Of a stretch of DNA of 64,000 nucleotides, positions 55,369 to 64,000 are shown piece by piece. The DNA is from an uncultured Ruminococcus sp. GTDB taxonomy: Bacteria > Bacillota > Clostridia > Oscillospirales > Acutalibacteraceae. Every line of letters starts with the position of its first letter. Positions within the stretch are counted from its first letter, which is position 1. The DNA is taken from NCBI GenBank assembly GCA_902802795.1, contig CADCNI010000002.1, positions 10,213-74,212 on the forward strand, written 5' to 3'. Below the pieces are notes generated by a model, which worked only from the letters and a program-made list of their open reading frames with translations, searched no databases and was not told the DNA's origin. The translations under genes were made by a program, and so were the position numbers.

Positions 55369-55938
55369 TTACGCGCCCAGCAATCCCATCAGATGCAGGA
55401 CAAGGCTGTAGATGGCGAGCAGCAGATAAATCACGCCCATGACAATATCAAACGTCTTCTTTCTTTGGATAGCAAGCGGCAGGCGTTCCACTGCCAGCAT
55501 GCAGAAGACCACCGCGCAAATGCCGTAGTTCGCACCCTGTCCACGGAAATATTGGAAGCAGTAGAGCGCCAGCAGCAGGATCAGCCCCGCGATGGTGCCG
55601 TTGTGCGCAGCCTTGGCTTGGTCACGCCATTCTTCGGGGGATGTGTCCGAAGATTGTTCTTCCTCCGCACTGCCGTCGGCAGCATATGCGGGAGCGTCTG
55701 AAATATCCCCCGTGTCTTCGGATTCTGCCGCATCCACCGCTTCTTCCACTTCTTCCAGCATTTTTTCAAGTTCTGCGGCTGTGTCGGGTTTGTCGGCCTT
55801 GGTGTGCTTGGCCGCCGTTTCGGGTTTGGTGATTTTTTGGGGATGATCGGTCAAACCGTTGAAACCGGAAGTTTCTTCCATTTCTTCCAGCAAGTTCTTG
55901 ACATCCTCATTAATGTCCTGTCCGAAAGGATTGTTCAT
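55369..55938 (-). CDS. Membrane protein with an acidic N-terminal region (unknown function), co-oriented upstream of the XRE regulator
   Basis: It has an acidic low-complexity N-half and two C-terminal TM helices. A consensus promoter lies upstream on the minus strand. Confidence 0.6.
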   Translation of the reverse strand: MNNPFGQDINEDVKNLLEEMEETSGFNGLTDHPQKITKPETAAKHTKADKPDTAAELEKMLEEVEEAVDAAESEDTGDISDAPAYAADGSAEEEQSSDTSPEEWRDQAKAAHNGTIAGLILLLALYCFQYFRGQGANYGICAVVFCMLAVERLPLAIQRKKTFDIVMGVIYLLLAIYSLVLHLMGLLGA

Positions 55939-56021
55939 GATGGAATCCTCCTGAGGTAAATGATTTTGTTAAGATAGGCTATATGAATTGCAAAGTAAAC
56001 TTGTCAATATCTGCTGTTATG

Positions 56022-56050
56022 ATTATACCATTGCCCATCGGGCTTGTCAA
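56022..56050 (-). promoter_or_regulatory. Promoter TTGACA-17-(TGg)TATAAT (minus strand) for the membrane protein-XRE operon
   Basis: On the plus strand, tgtcaa lies at 56045-56050 and attata at 56022-56027. Confidence 0.6.
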
Positions 56051-56240
56051 TACTTTTGGGTGAGGTTCACAGGATAATGGGTTACGATGGTTGATTTCTC
56101 ATGTTATCAAATGAAAAAACAGAAAAAATCCCGATAATTCACGAATGGAGAATTGCAAATTTGTCAACTATGTGGTATATTAATGATAGTCAGGTTTTCC
56201 TTGACTTGCTTTTTATTTGCGTTAAAGGAGAATGACATTC

Positions 56241-56732
56241 ATGCAAAATGGAAAAGACAACGCAATGATACAAAAAGTGATGGCATTTGTCAGGGGAGAG
56301 GTGTTTTCCTACCTCTTTTTCGGGGTGTGTACGACGATCATCAATATTCTGTCATTTCAACTGATGTATGCCGTTATGGGCATTCCGACGCTGCTTTCCA
56401 ACGCGATTGCGTGGGTGTTTTCCGTGATGTTTGCCTATATTACCAACCGCATCTATGTATTTCACAGCGAGGTCCATACCAAAGAAGGCATTTTGCGGGA
56501 AGTGATCGCCTTTGTGGGCGCAAGAGTGGCGACGCTGGTTTTTGACGAACTGATCATGTGGCTGATGGTGGACGTGATGGGTTACACTGCCGTCGAACGT
56601 CTGACTGCCAACCTCCTGCACTGGCCGGTGCGGGACGCGAAGTCGCTGATTGCCAAAGTTTGCGCCAATGCGGTGGTCGTGATTCTCAATTTTGTTTTCA
56701 GTAAGCTGTTTATCTTTAAAAAAGAAAAATAA
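56241..56732 (+). CDS. GtrA-family membrane protein
   Basis: It has four TM helices and a GtrA-like motif (AIAWVFSVMFAYITNRIYVF). ATG 56241 lies 10 nt after AAAGGAG. Confidence 0.8.
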   Translation: MQNGKDNAMIQKVMAFVRGEVFSYLFFGVCTTIINILSFQLMYAVMGIPTLLSNAIAWVFSVMFAYITNRIYVFHSEVHTKEGILREVIAFVGARVATLVFDELIMWLMVDVMGYTAVERLTANLLHWPVRDAKSLIAKVCANAVVVILNFVFSKLFIFKKEK

Positions 56733-56757
56733 GAGTTTTAAAGGGGGTTACAAAACC

Positions 56758-58569
56758 ATGAATGAACCGACCAAAAACAAAGGACAGTTTCTCGCTGAGA
56801 CTTCTTCTTCGGCTTTTGCCGATGACAGCAGGCGCAGAACCATGAACACGGAGGGAATGCAGGTGCCGCCGCCCTATCAGACATTTCCGGTGCAACAGGC
56901 GCAGAATCTGCCTCCGATGTATTATGAGCAGCCCTATTCGCCTCCGCCTTCTTTTCCGGCAGGACAGGTATTGCCCGCATCCTATGCGCCGTCCCCGCAG
57001 CCGCCGCAGTATGCCGCGCCGCAAAATCCGCAGCTCCCGCCGCCGCAGGTTCCCCAGCTCCCGTCGGCTTCTGCGGGACAGTTTTCTGCCGAAGGACAGT
57101 CTGCGGCACCCATTCTCACAGGTGGTCAGGGCTTTTCCGCAGGGCAGCCGGTCGCGCCCTACCTGACGAGCGGTCAGGGATTTCCCGGGGGACCGTCTGT
57201 TGTGCCGAATCTGACAAGCGGACAGGGATTTTCTGTGGGATATCCGGTTGCGCCTCAACTCACCGGCGGTCGGGGAACACCTGCGGGACAGCCTGTCGCG
57301 CCGAACCTTACGGGCGGACCGTATATGCCCCCGTCTTATACCCATCCGGTCGCACCCCATTTGACGCAGACACAATACGCTTACGCACCGCCCGCGAATT
57401 ATTACCGTCCGGCTGTGGTTCTCACGCCGGAGCAGGTCAACGAGAGAATGTTCAAAATCCACAGCAGCAAGGTGGGGCTTACGCTGATGGCGGATTACGG
57501 ACTGATGCTGGTTGTTCTCATTGCAGTGATGGTGATCGGACTGGTGGGGTACGCTTTGATGAAAGACAGCTATTTCTCATGGCTCGATCAGGAATCGGTC
57601 ATGACCAATCTGATGATGTTCGGAATGGGGCTGGCTGCGATTGTAGGCAACATGGTGCCGGCCGCCGCGCACGGTCACAAATGGAAGATCGGATTGACAC
57701 AGCCGTTTCGCGGAGAGAAACTCAGCGCGGGTTTTGTGCTGGCGGCGCTGCTGACGGCACTGGGACTCAATACCGCGTGGGGGTATGTTTATTATTATTG
57801 CCGGGAAATATTCTACAATGATCTGTTTCACATCACGCCGCCTCCCGATGAGGTCTACACGCCCGAAAATCTGTCGCTGGTGGGCATGATTATGCTGCTG
57901 GTCTGGACGTGCATTGTCGCGCCCATTACGGAGGAATATCTCTTCCGCGGGGTGATTATGCGTACCCTTTCCAAGCATAGCGTGGGCTTTGGCATTGTGG
58001 CGTCGGCGTTTGTGTTCGGCATGATGCACGGCAACATGGCGCAGACCCCGATGGCGTTTCTCATCGGTCTGGTGCTGGGCTATGTCGCCGCCAAGTCGGG
58101 TAATATCCGTCAGACCATCTTCCTTCATTTCGTCAATAACTGTGTGGCCTCCATTCCGCAGGCGGTCAATTATTTCTGTCCCCAGTTTGATGAATTGCTT
58201 GAAACCGTCTATTTCTATTTTGATATCTTTGAAATGGTGTTTGCGGCCGGGGCGTTGCTGTATTTCTTCGTGACCAGACACAATGGAATTAAGGCGCGTA
58301 CCGCGCGGCTCGCGTCGTCGGGCGTTGCCACCGTTGCCAAGGCGGAGGCGGCATGGAGCAAACTCGAAATACCCGAGGAAAAGCGCCGCTCCGAATTTCC
58401 CTATATCAAGCATAAGTTCGGCAAATTCATCACAGCCGGCGGCATGGTCTTTTTCCTCTGCGTCATGATTCTGAGCATTGTACTCAGCGCGCTTACTCCG
58501 TTTTTGAAAGAGTGGATGGAGAATATGAGTCAGCAGATCGGATGTATCATTATACCAAATGTCAATTGA
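56758..58569 (+). CDS. CPBP-family intramembrane protease fused to a long Pro-rich N-terminal region with ~16-aa repeats
   Basis: The N-terminal 230 aa are Pro/Gln-rich with five APxLTGGQGFxxGxPV repeats. The C-terminal polytopic domain carries TEEYLFRG, FGMMHG and HFVNN. Confidence 0.8.
   Translation: MNEPTKNKGQFLAETSSSAFADDSRRRTMNTEGMQVPPPYQTFPVQQAQNLPPMYYEQPYSPPPSFPAGQVLPASYAPSPQPPQYAAPQNPQLPPPQVPQLPSASAGQFSAEGQSAAPILTGGQGFSAGQPVAPYLTSGQGFPGGPSVVPNLTSGQGFSVGYPVAPQLTGGRGTPAGQPVAPNLTGGPYMPPSYTHPVAPHLTQTQYAYAPPANYYRPAVVLTPEQVNERMFKIHSSKVGLTLMADYGLMLVVLIAVMVIGLVGYALMKDSYFSWLDQESVMTNLMMFGMGLAAIVGNMVPAAAHGHKWKIGLTQPFRGEKLSAGFVLAALLTALGLNTAWGYVYYYCREIFYNDLFHITPPPDEVYTPENLSLVGMIMLLVWTCIVAPITEEYLFRGVIMRTLSKHSVGFGIVASAFVFGMMHGNMAQTPMAFLIGLVLGYVAAKSGNIRQTIFLHFVNNCVASIPQAVNYFCPQFDELLETVYFYFDIFEMVFAAGALLYFFVTRHNGIKARTARLASSGVATVAKAEAAWSKLEIPEEKRRSEFPYIKHKFGKFITAGGMVFFLCVMILSIVLSALTPFLKEWMENMSQQIGCIIIPNVN
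57106..57372 (+). repeat. In-frame ~48-bp degenerate tandem repeat x5 (APxLTGGQGFxxGxPV)
   Basis: The repeated peptide units are visible in the translation of CDS 56758..58569. Confidence 0.8.
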
Positions 58570-58594
58570 AAAGAAATGGGAGAGGAATTGTGTA

Positions 58595-59113
58595 ATGATG
58601 AAGAAGTTAGGCGCACTGATTTGTGGTTTGTTGCTGCTGACCTTGTTCGGATGCCAGGCAATGAAAAAAAGTCGCTACATCGCATCGGTCAATGAAAAGA
58701 TGGCATTGTTCACAGATTGTGCCAACGCTTTCAGCGACAGTCTGGAGGAAATCGCCAAGACACAGGCGGCTCCCACCAAGTCGCAGATTGACGAGGCTGA
58801 GAATCGGCTGGACGCGCTGTCAGAGGTTTGCAAGGAAATAGAAACGCTGAAGGCGCCGGGCAGTTACGCCAAGGAGCAGAAGGCGCTGCGTGACGCGATG
58901 GCGCAATATGGTATCGCGCTGGAAAAGGGCAGGGCGTTGCTGGAATTTTACCGCCAATATGACGCGTTGTTCCGCTCCTATCCCAATCCCGACGAGGGCA
59001 GCGAGACGATGAAGCAAAAGACCTTGGAAATCTACGGCGAATTTGCCGAGGCCATGCGGCAGGCCACCGATTCTTTCCGCGAAGCAGAAAAGCTGCTGCA
59101 AGCCGCACAATAA
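58595..59113 (+). CDS. Lipoprotein of unknown function (helical)
   Basis: It has a lipobox (LLLTLFGCQAM) after a signal peptide. Confidence 0.65.
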   Translation: MMKKLGALICGLLLLTLFGCQAMKKSRYIASVNEKMALFTDCANAFSDSLEEIAKTQAAPTKSQIDEAENRLDALSEVCKEIETLKAPGSYAKEQKALRDAMAQYGIALEKGRALLEFYRQYDALFRSYPNPDEGSETMKQKTLEIYGEFAEAMRQATDSFREAEKLLQAAQ

Positions 59114-59154
59114 AAATCTGATTCCCCTACCATAACGCAACAGGAGTGATCCGG

Positions 59155-60537
59155 ATGTCGGACAACAACGAAACCAAGCTGCCGTTCGCCGATGAAAAGG
59201 CGGAACCCAAGACGGCGAAAGAAAGCAAGGATAACCAAAAGACCGAAAAAAACAAGAAAAAAAAGAACAAGCAAAAATACAACCTGCCGCGTCATCATTT
59301 CTGGTTTGCCATCGGAAGACCGCTGGTGCATTTGTATGTGAAAATCATGGCCAACTTCAAGCGCACCCCCAACGATTTGCAGAAAGGACGCGCCTATCTG
59401 CTGCTGTCCAACCACATCTGTGAGCTGGATCCGCTGATGGTGATTGCCTCCGCGCCGGGCGTGGTGCATGCGCTGGCGAGCGATCATCTGTTCAAGCACG
59501 CCGCGTTCGGCAAATTTGTCAAGCATATCGCGGAGCCGATTCCGATTGTCCGCGCGCAGATGGATTTGAAATCCATCCGGGAAGCTTTGCAGGCCAAGAA
59601 AGACGGCGGCAGCATTCTGATTTTCCCCGAAGCCAACTGCTGCTTCAGCGGCAAGACCAGCTATATCGCGCCCGCCACCGCCAAGCTGGTCAAGCAGTTC
59701 AAAATGCCCGTGGCGCTCTTTAACGTCAAAGGCGGCTATCTCACCCATCCGAAATGGTGCCATTCGTGGCGCAAGGGACGCACGACCTGCGAACTGGTAC
59801 GCGTCATCGAGCCGGAAGAGCTGGCGCAGATGTCGGTGGACGAGGCGTATGAAGCCATTCTCGACGCGCTGACTTTCAATGACATCAAATACCAGCGTGA
59901 GCAGATGGTCTACTACAAGGGACATGATCTGCTTGAAGGCGCGGAGAGAATGCTCTTTCAATGTCCGAAGTGCGGCAGTCTCTTCACCACCAAGAGCGAG
60001 GGGGATTCCCTTGTCTGCACTGCCTGCGGCTATAAAGTGACGCTGAACCATTACGGCTTCTTTGAGGGCGAAGATGTGGTGTTCGATTCCTTTGACAAAT
60101 GGGATGACTGGCAGCGCGAGCAGGCGGTCAAGCTGGTGACCGAGGGGCATTACGACGCAAGCGGCGAAACGCCTGTCTTTTCCAGCCCGACCAATGAACT
60201 CTATCGCGCGCACCGCGCCGAGGCAAATGTTCTGGTGGGCGAGGGGGGACTGTCCCTCTACTGCGACCGTCTGGAATTTGACACGGCGGAAGCCTTTGAA
60301 ACCGATGAGGCGGGCAACACCGTCAGCGTCGGCCCCAAGAAAATCGTGTGGAGCTTCAATGACATTTCCAAGATGAGCTGCGTGAGCAAGAATAAAATCC
60401 AGTTTGCCGTCGGTGAGAAAGATTATTATGAAATCCACTCCAAACACACCTACCGTTCGGCGTATGCCTATATGATTTACTTCTACTGCTTCAAGCGCCA
60501 CGCGCAGGGCAAGCCGCTCGATTTCTTCGGTATGTGA
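59155..60537 (+). CDS. Lysophospholipid/1-acyl-glycerol-3-phosphate acyltransferase-family protein
   Basis: It has the HX4D motif (NHICELD) and an FPE motif (IFPEANC) of the PlsC family, with a zinc-ribbon-like CPKCG...CTACG. ATG 59155 lies after AGGAG. Confidence 0.75.
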   Translation: MSDNNETKLPFADEKAEPKTAKESKDNQKTEKNKKKKNKQKYNLPRHHFWFAIGRPLVHLYVKIMANFKRTPNDLQKGRAYLLLSNHICELDPLMVIASAPGVVHALASDHLFKHAAFGKFVKHIAEPIPIVRAQMDLKSIREALQAKKDGGSILIFPEANCCFSGKTSYIAPATAKLVKQFKMPVALFNVKGGYLTHPKWCHSWRKGRTTCELVRVIEPEELAQMSVDEAYEAILDALTFNDIKYQREQMVYYKGHDLLEGAERMLFQCPKCGSLFTTKSEGDSLVCTACGYKVTLNHYGFFEGEDVVFDSFDKWDDWQREQAVKLVTEGHYDASGETPVFSSPTNELYRAHRAEANVLVGEGGLSLYCDRLEFDTAEAFETDEAGNTVSVGPKKIVWSFNDISKMSCVSKNKIQFAVGEKDYYEIHSKHTYRSAYAYMIYFYCFKRHAQGKPLDFFGM

Positions 60538-60606
60538 TGAGTCAATTCGGCACGGCGGCATGACACACCGCCTTCTTTCAACACAACAGACAGGAGTGTA
60601 CAACAA

Positions 60607-61428
60607 ATGAGTATCTGGAAATTTTTCGGACATAAAAAGCCGCAGGACGAGGTCGCCGCCGCGTCGGAAAGCAAGGAAAAAGGCGGATTGTTCGCTGCTT
60701 CGGTGCTGCTGAGTGAGGCGAAATTCTCCTTTGAGCAGTTTGTCAGCGACCTGAAAGCCGACTGGGGCATCACCCTCGACAGCGAAGATACAGCACATGA
60801 CAGCGACACCATGGTGGTCAATGTGGACGGTATGATGGCGGCGGTGAGTCTCTTTCCGGCACCCGTGCCGAACGGCGAGGCGGAGAGCAACGCCAAGACC
60901 AATTACCGCTGGCCCGGCGCGGTAAAGGCGGCGCAGAAGCACAAGGCGCACCTTTTCATCGCGATGCTGCCCCAAGGTCAGCCGCTTCCCGAAGCGGGCA
61001 TTGCGCTGGTCAGGCTCTGCGCGTCGGCGCTCGGACAGGAAACCGCTGTCGCTGTCAATACGGCAGGCACGGTATTCGCGCCGGATTTTTACATCGACTA
61101 CGCGCGGCTGTATCTCGACAACGACATGTATCCCGTGATGAATCTTGTCTTTTTCGGACTCTACAGCAACGACGACGGAAAGACCTTTTGCAGCTACACC
61201 TACGGCCTAAAAGATTCTTTCGGCAGGGAGGAAATCGAGGTCATCGACAGCGCCCATTCCCCACAGGAATTGCTCGGCTTTATGACCGACGTTGCCACAT
61301 ATGTGATCGAGAGTGACGCGGAACTGCGCGACGGCGAAACCATCGGCTTTTCCGAAGAACAAAAGCTGCCCATTACCCAATCGCCGAGCGCGGTTTTGGA
61401 GGGCGAAACCGTGAAGATCGGGTTTTAA
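60607..61428 (+). CDS. Hypothetical cytoplasmic protein (possibly DUF4261-like)
   Basis: This is a long ORF with ordinary composition and AGGAG 9 nt upstream. The family name comes from memory only. Confidence 0.55.
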   Translation: MSIWKFFGHKKPQDEVAAASESKEKGGLFAASVLLSEAKFSFEQFVSDLKADWGITLDSEDTAHDSDTMVVNVDGMMAAVSLFPAPVPNGEAESNAKTNYRWPGAVKAAQKHKAHLFIAMLPQGQPLPEAGIALVRLCASALGQETAVAVNTAGTVFAPDFYIDYARLYLDNDMYPVMNLVFFGLYSNDDGKTFCSYTYGLKDSFGREEIEVIDSAHSPQELLGFMTDVATYVIESDAELRDGETIGFSEEQKLPITQSPSAVLEGETVKIGF

Positions 61429-61456
61429 AATATTCAAAATTCATTTTCTAAACATA

Positions 61457-61496
61457 ATAACCGTCCGGTTTGACGCTGCCGGACGGTTATTCTTTT
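61457..61496 (+). terminator. Intrinsic terminator after gene 60607..61428
   Basis: The stem ataaccgtccgg / ccggacggttat is followed by a T-rich tract. Confidence 0.8.
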
Positions 61497-61641
61497 ATGA
61501 GAGCGGCGGGGCGGTATTATTATGTTTTTGTGAGGAATCAAAATGACCGTGATATTTTGGGGTTGTATTTGATGTTACTATATGAAAGGCCTTTCAAGGG
61601 CGGCTTGCTCCGTCCTCAAAATTTGCATAGGAGGTGGCTGA

Positions 61642-62136
61642 ATGTCAGACGAGGAATTTACAGAAGCGGTACAGCGCTACTCGGATATGCTGTTCCGAAT
61701 CGCGCTGAGCTGCTGCAAAAACAGGAGCGACGCGGAGGATATTGTGCAGAATGTATTTTTAAAGCTGTTCAGACATGAAGGATTTTTCAACGATGAGGAA
61801 CATATGAAAAGCTGGCTCATTCGCGTCGCCGTCAATGAAGGCAGACGCTACTTATCCTCGCCGTGGCACAGACGTGTGACCTGCCCGATGGATGACGAGA
61901 GTCTGGCAAAGGAGGGAATCCTCTTTGAAATTCCGGAACAAAGCGAGCTGTTTTTCGCGGTGCGGTCGCTGCCGCCGAAATATCGTATCGTGGTGCATTT
62001 GTATTACTACGAGGATTATCGCGTCGGAGAAATCGCGGATATACTCGGCGTTCGGGAGACGACCGTACAGACACAGCTTATGAGAGCAAGACAAAAACTC
62101 AAATCAAAACTTTCGGAGGCGGATTATGAATTTTAA
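61642..62136 (+). CDS. ECF-type RNA polymerase sigma-70 factor
   Basis: It has region 2 (DAEDIVQNVFLKLF...WLIRVAVNE) and region 4 (YYEDYRVGEIADILGVRETTVQTQLMRARQKL). Confidence 0.88.
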   Translation: MSDEEFTEAVQRYSDMLFRIALSCCKNRSDAEDIVQNVFLKLFRHEGFFNDEEHMKSWLIRVAVNEGRRYLSSPWHRRVTCPMDDESLAKEGILFEIPEQSELFFAVRSLPPKYRIVVHLYYYEDYRVGEIADILGVRETTVQTQLMRARQKLKSKLSEADYEF

Positions 62137-62611
62137 ACAACAATACCGGGCGACCTTTTCGGAAATTCACGCTTCCGAAGAGCTGAAGAAAAAATGTTTC
62201 AACGTAAAGAACAAGGAAGGCAAGGCGATTCAATTGACAAAGAACAAAAAGAAAGTAATGGCAATCCTCGCGGCGGCGGCTTTGGCGGCTGCCTCCGCTG
62301 TCGCCGTGAACGCGGCGGAGGCGGATTCGGGTGTGCTGGGCAGCGCGTGGAAGAATCTCAGAATGTATATCAACGGCACGGAGGTCAGCGCCAGCGATTA
62401 TGTGGACGGAGATCAATTCAAGATCACCTCCGACAACGGCGACATTGTGATCTACAAAGCCGACGACTTGCCGGAACAGGGAGACGGAGAAGACGGCGGG
62501 GTAACGGTTTCCGTTGAGATCCATGACGACGAGACGCATTCGACAAGCGTATCTATCACGGAGGAAGCGCCCCCAACGGCAGCGCAGGAGGACGCGTCCG
62601 CTGCGAAATAG
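62126..62611 (+). CDS. Putative single-pass anti-sigma factor
   Basis: It overlaps the sigma gene by 11 nt, and has a short cytoplasmic N-terminus, one TM (VMAILAAAALAAASAVAV) and an extracytoplasmic acidic domain. Confidence 0.6.
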   Translation: MNFKQQYRATFSEIHASEELKKKCFNVKNKEGKAIQLTKNKKKVMAILAAAALAAASAVAVNAAEADSGVLGSAWKNLRMYINGTEVSASDYVDGDQFKITSDNGDIVIYKADDLPEQGDGEDGGVTVSVEIHDDETHSTSVSITEEAPPTAAQEDASAAK

Positions 62612-62660
62612 ACCGCGAAGCATGTCTACTTTTAATTGACAATTCGTATAAGCAGCAAAA

Positions 62661-62708
62661 GACGCGGCGCCTTCCGAATCCAAAGGTAAGGTGCCGCGTC
62701 GATTTTTT
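62661..62708 (+). terminator. Intrinsic terminator after the anti-sigma gene
   Basis: A 13-bp stem (gacgcggcgcctt / aaggtgccgcgtc) is followed by gatttttt. Confidence 0.85.
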
Positions 62709-62778
62709 GTTGAGGTTGTTTCTTTCCTGCGATGGCAGGTGTTTCCGTCATTTCCTTCCGTTCCTCCGTGAATTTTCA

Positions 62779-62808
62779 TTGACAAGCTCTGTCCCGTTGT
62801 GCTATAAT
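62779..62808 (+). promoter_or_regulatory. SigA-type promoter, TTGACA-18-TATAAT, for thrH
   Basis: The boxes lie at 62779-62784 and 62803-62808. Confidence 0.65.
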
Positions 62809-62856
62809 AGGCAGGCGATGATTGAAATCACAAAAATGTGAAAGGAACTGATTGTT

Positions 62857-63462
62857 ATGACTATCACCTGTTTGGACTTGGAGGGCGTACTGGTGCCCGA
62901 AATCTGGATTGCGTTTGCCGAGGCGACCGGCATTCCCGAACTGAAAAAGACCACCCGCGACGAGCCGGATTATGACAAGCTTATGCAATACCGCATTGCC
63001 ATTTTGAAAGAGCACGGTCTGGGACTCAAAGAGATTCAGGACGTGATCGCGACCATCGACCCCATGCCGGGCGCTAAGGAATTCCTTGACGAACTGCGCG
63101 CGATGGGACAGGTCATCATCCTCAGCGATACCTTTACCGAATTTGCCGCTCCGCTTATGAAGAAACTGGGCTGGCCGACCATCTTCTGCAATTCGCTGGT
63201 CGTTTCGGAAAGCGGTGAGGTTACGGGCTTCAAGATGCGCGTGGAAAATTCCAAATTCACCACCGTCAAGGCGCTCCAGTCCATCGGCTACGATACCATC
63301 GCCAGCGGCGACAGCTACAACGATCTCGGCATGATCAAGGCGAGCAAGGCGGGTTTCCTTTTCAAGAGCACCGATAAAATCAAGGCCGACAATCCCGATA
63401 TTCCTGCTTTCGACACCTACGAGGAACTTCTTGACGCTATCCGGAAAGCCATCTCCGAATAA
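62857..63462 (+). CDS. thrH: Phosphoserine phosphatase / homoserine phosphotransferase (ThrH-type HAD)
   Basis: CLDLEGVLVPEIWIAFAE...TRDEPDYDKLM matches the ThrH N-terminus closely (comparison from memory). Confidence 0.85.
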   Translation: MTITCLDLEGVLVPEIWIAFAEATGIPELKKTTRDEPDYDKLMQYRIAILKEHGLGLKEIQDVIATIDPMPGAKEFLDELRAMGQVIILSDTFTEFAAPLMKKLGWPTIFCNSLVVSESGEVTGFKMRVENSKFTTVKALQSIGYDTIASGDSYNDLGMIKASKAGFLFKSTDKIKADNPDIPAFDTYEELLDAIRKAISE

Positions 63463-63464
63463 GA

Positions 63465-63492
63465 AAGTGGAAAGTGAGAAGTGGAGAGTGAA
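63465..63492 (+). repeat. Heptanucleotide tandem array (RAGTGRR)x4 starting 2 nt after the thrH stop
   Basis: The units are aagtgga, aagtgag, aagtgga, gagtgaa. The thrH TAA is at 63460-63462. Confidence 0.85.
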
Positions 63493-63533
63493 ACAGTTCC
63501 ATTCTTTCTATTTTTTTCAAGCGCGAATGCGCT

Positions 63534-63578
63534 TCCTTCATTTCACACTTCACACTTCACACTTCACATTTCACACTT
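63534..63578 (-). repeat. Heptanucleotide tandem array (TGTGAAR)x5-6 on the minus strand
   Basis: The plus-strand units are tttcaca, three copies of cttcaca, then tttcaca. The array is sense to the minus-strand gene 63642..63983, just past its terminator. Confidence 0.9.
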
Positions 63579-63581
63579 AAT

Positions 63582-63626
63582 AAAAAATGCCCGGCTTCGT
63601 TCGCAAACCAAGGAACGGAGCCGGGC
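63582..63626 (-). terminator. Intrinsic terminator after gene 63642..63983
   Basis: On the minus strand, gcccggct...agccgggc is followed by atttttta. Confidence 0.7.
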
Positions 63627-63641
63627 GGTTTATGTTGCGGA

Positions 63642-63983
63642 TTAGGAGATTTTTTTAAAGACCTCGGGTGTATCGGTGCGGCTTTTGACCATGATGTAAC
63701 TGCCGCTTCGGGCGCGGAGCTGCCAGACCTTGCGTTCCGGCTCGTCCTTGACCTGTCCCAGCTTGCGGCCGAGCGACATACGCGAGCCGCCGACGCGGGA
63801 AGAAAATACGCCGATTTTACCGAAGCCGACAAAATCGTATTCTTCGCCGTTTTCCCAAACGGTTTCGCCGTCCTGACTCAGTTCGAACTCGCTGGAACCT
63901 ACCGGCATTTTTTCTGCCGCTGCGGCTATTGCACGGGCAAGATGGCCTAATCCCGTCGCTGCCGCGTAAAATATGACTGACAT
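63642..63983 (-). CDS. Hypothetical protein (113 aa)
   Basis: The ORF has ordinary composition, GGAGGTAATATCATATG upstream on the minus strand, and a terminator downstream at 63582-63626. I recognised no family. Confidence 0.55.
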   Translation of the reverse strand: MSVIFYAAATGLGHLARAIAAAAEKMPVGSSEFELSQDGETVWENGEEYDFVGFGKIGVFSSRVGGSRMSLGRKLGQVKDEPERKVWQLRARSGSYIMVKSRTDTPEVFKKIS

Positions 63984-64000
63984 ATGATATTACCTCCCGT

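Noticed and set aside
61470-61778. Track ORF 61470..61778 (102 aa) overlapping the terminator and the ECF sigma start.
   Set aside because: It spans an intrinsic terminator and the sigma gene RBS. It has no RBS of its own, and the sigma frame has clear region 2/4 motifs.

Overview
This window looks like a core chromosomal segment of a high-GC, spore-forming Firmicute, probably Clostridia (Oscillospiraceae/Ruminococcaceae-like). That assignment rests on gene content and codon style, so it is an inference. About 61 protein genes can be supported.

The backbone is the conserved Bacillus-type cluster yicC/yloC-remA-gmk-rpoZ-priA-def-fmt-(Zn peptidase)-rsmB-rlmN-prpC-prkC-rsgA-thiN. It ends in a 26-codon spoVM gene that is absent from the ORF track. 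Around it lie:
- amino-acid and nucleotide biosynthesis genes: ilvC, leuCD, dapF-dapL, carAB, thrH
- proS with a T-box leader, and ddl-DUF1934-argS
- mreB and spoIID
- small regulator modules: LysR, PadR-CPBP-flavodoxin, ArsR/SdpR-SdpI, XRE, ECF sigma/anti-sigma, ANTAR
- several secreted, lipo- or membrane proteins with repetitive regions
- an orphan TIR-domain protein

I saw no rRNA, tRNA, CRISPR array, transposase, integrase or phage genes.

The most unusual signals are non-coding:
1. A dispersed family of 7-nt tandem arrays (TGTGAAR, AGTGGTY, RAGTGRR, AKAATAR). They start in or just after stop codons and always lie on the sense strand of the gene they trail.
2. Clusters of GC mini-hairpins and a ~120-bp compound palindromic element.
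3. A strong terminator 25 nt upstream of dapF, with a competing hairpin that carries an ANTAR-like AAUGAG hexaloop, directly downstream of an ANTAR pseudo-receiver gene.

Many long ORFs in the track are antisense shadow ORFs typical of GC-rich DNA and were rejected.
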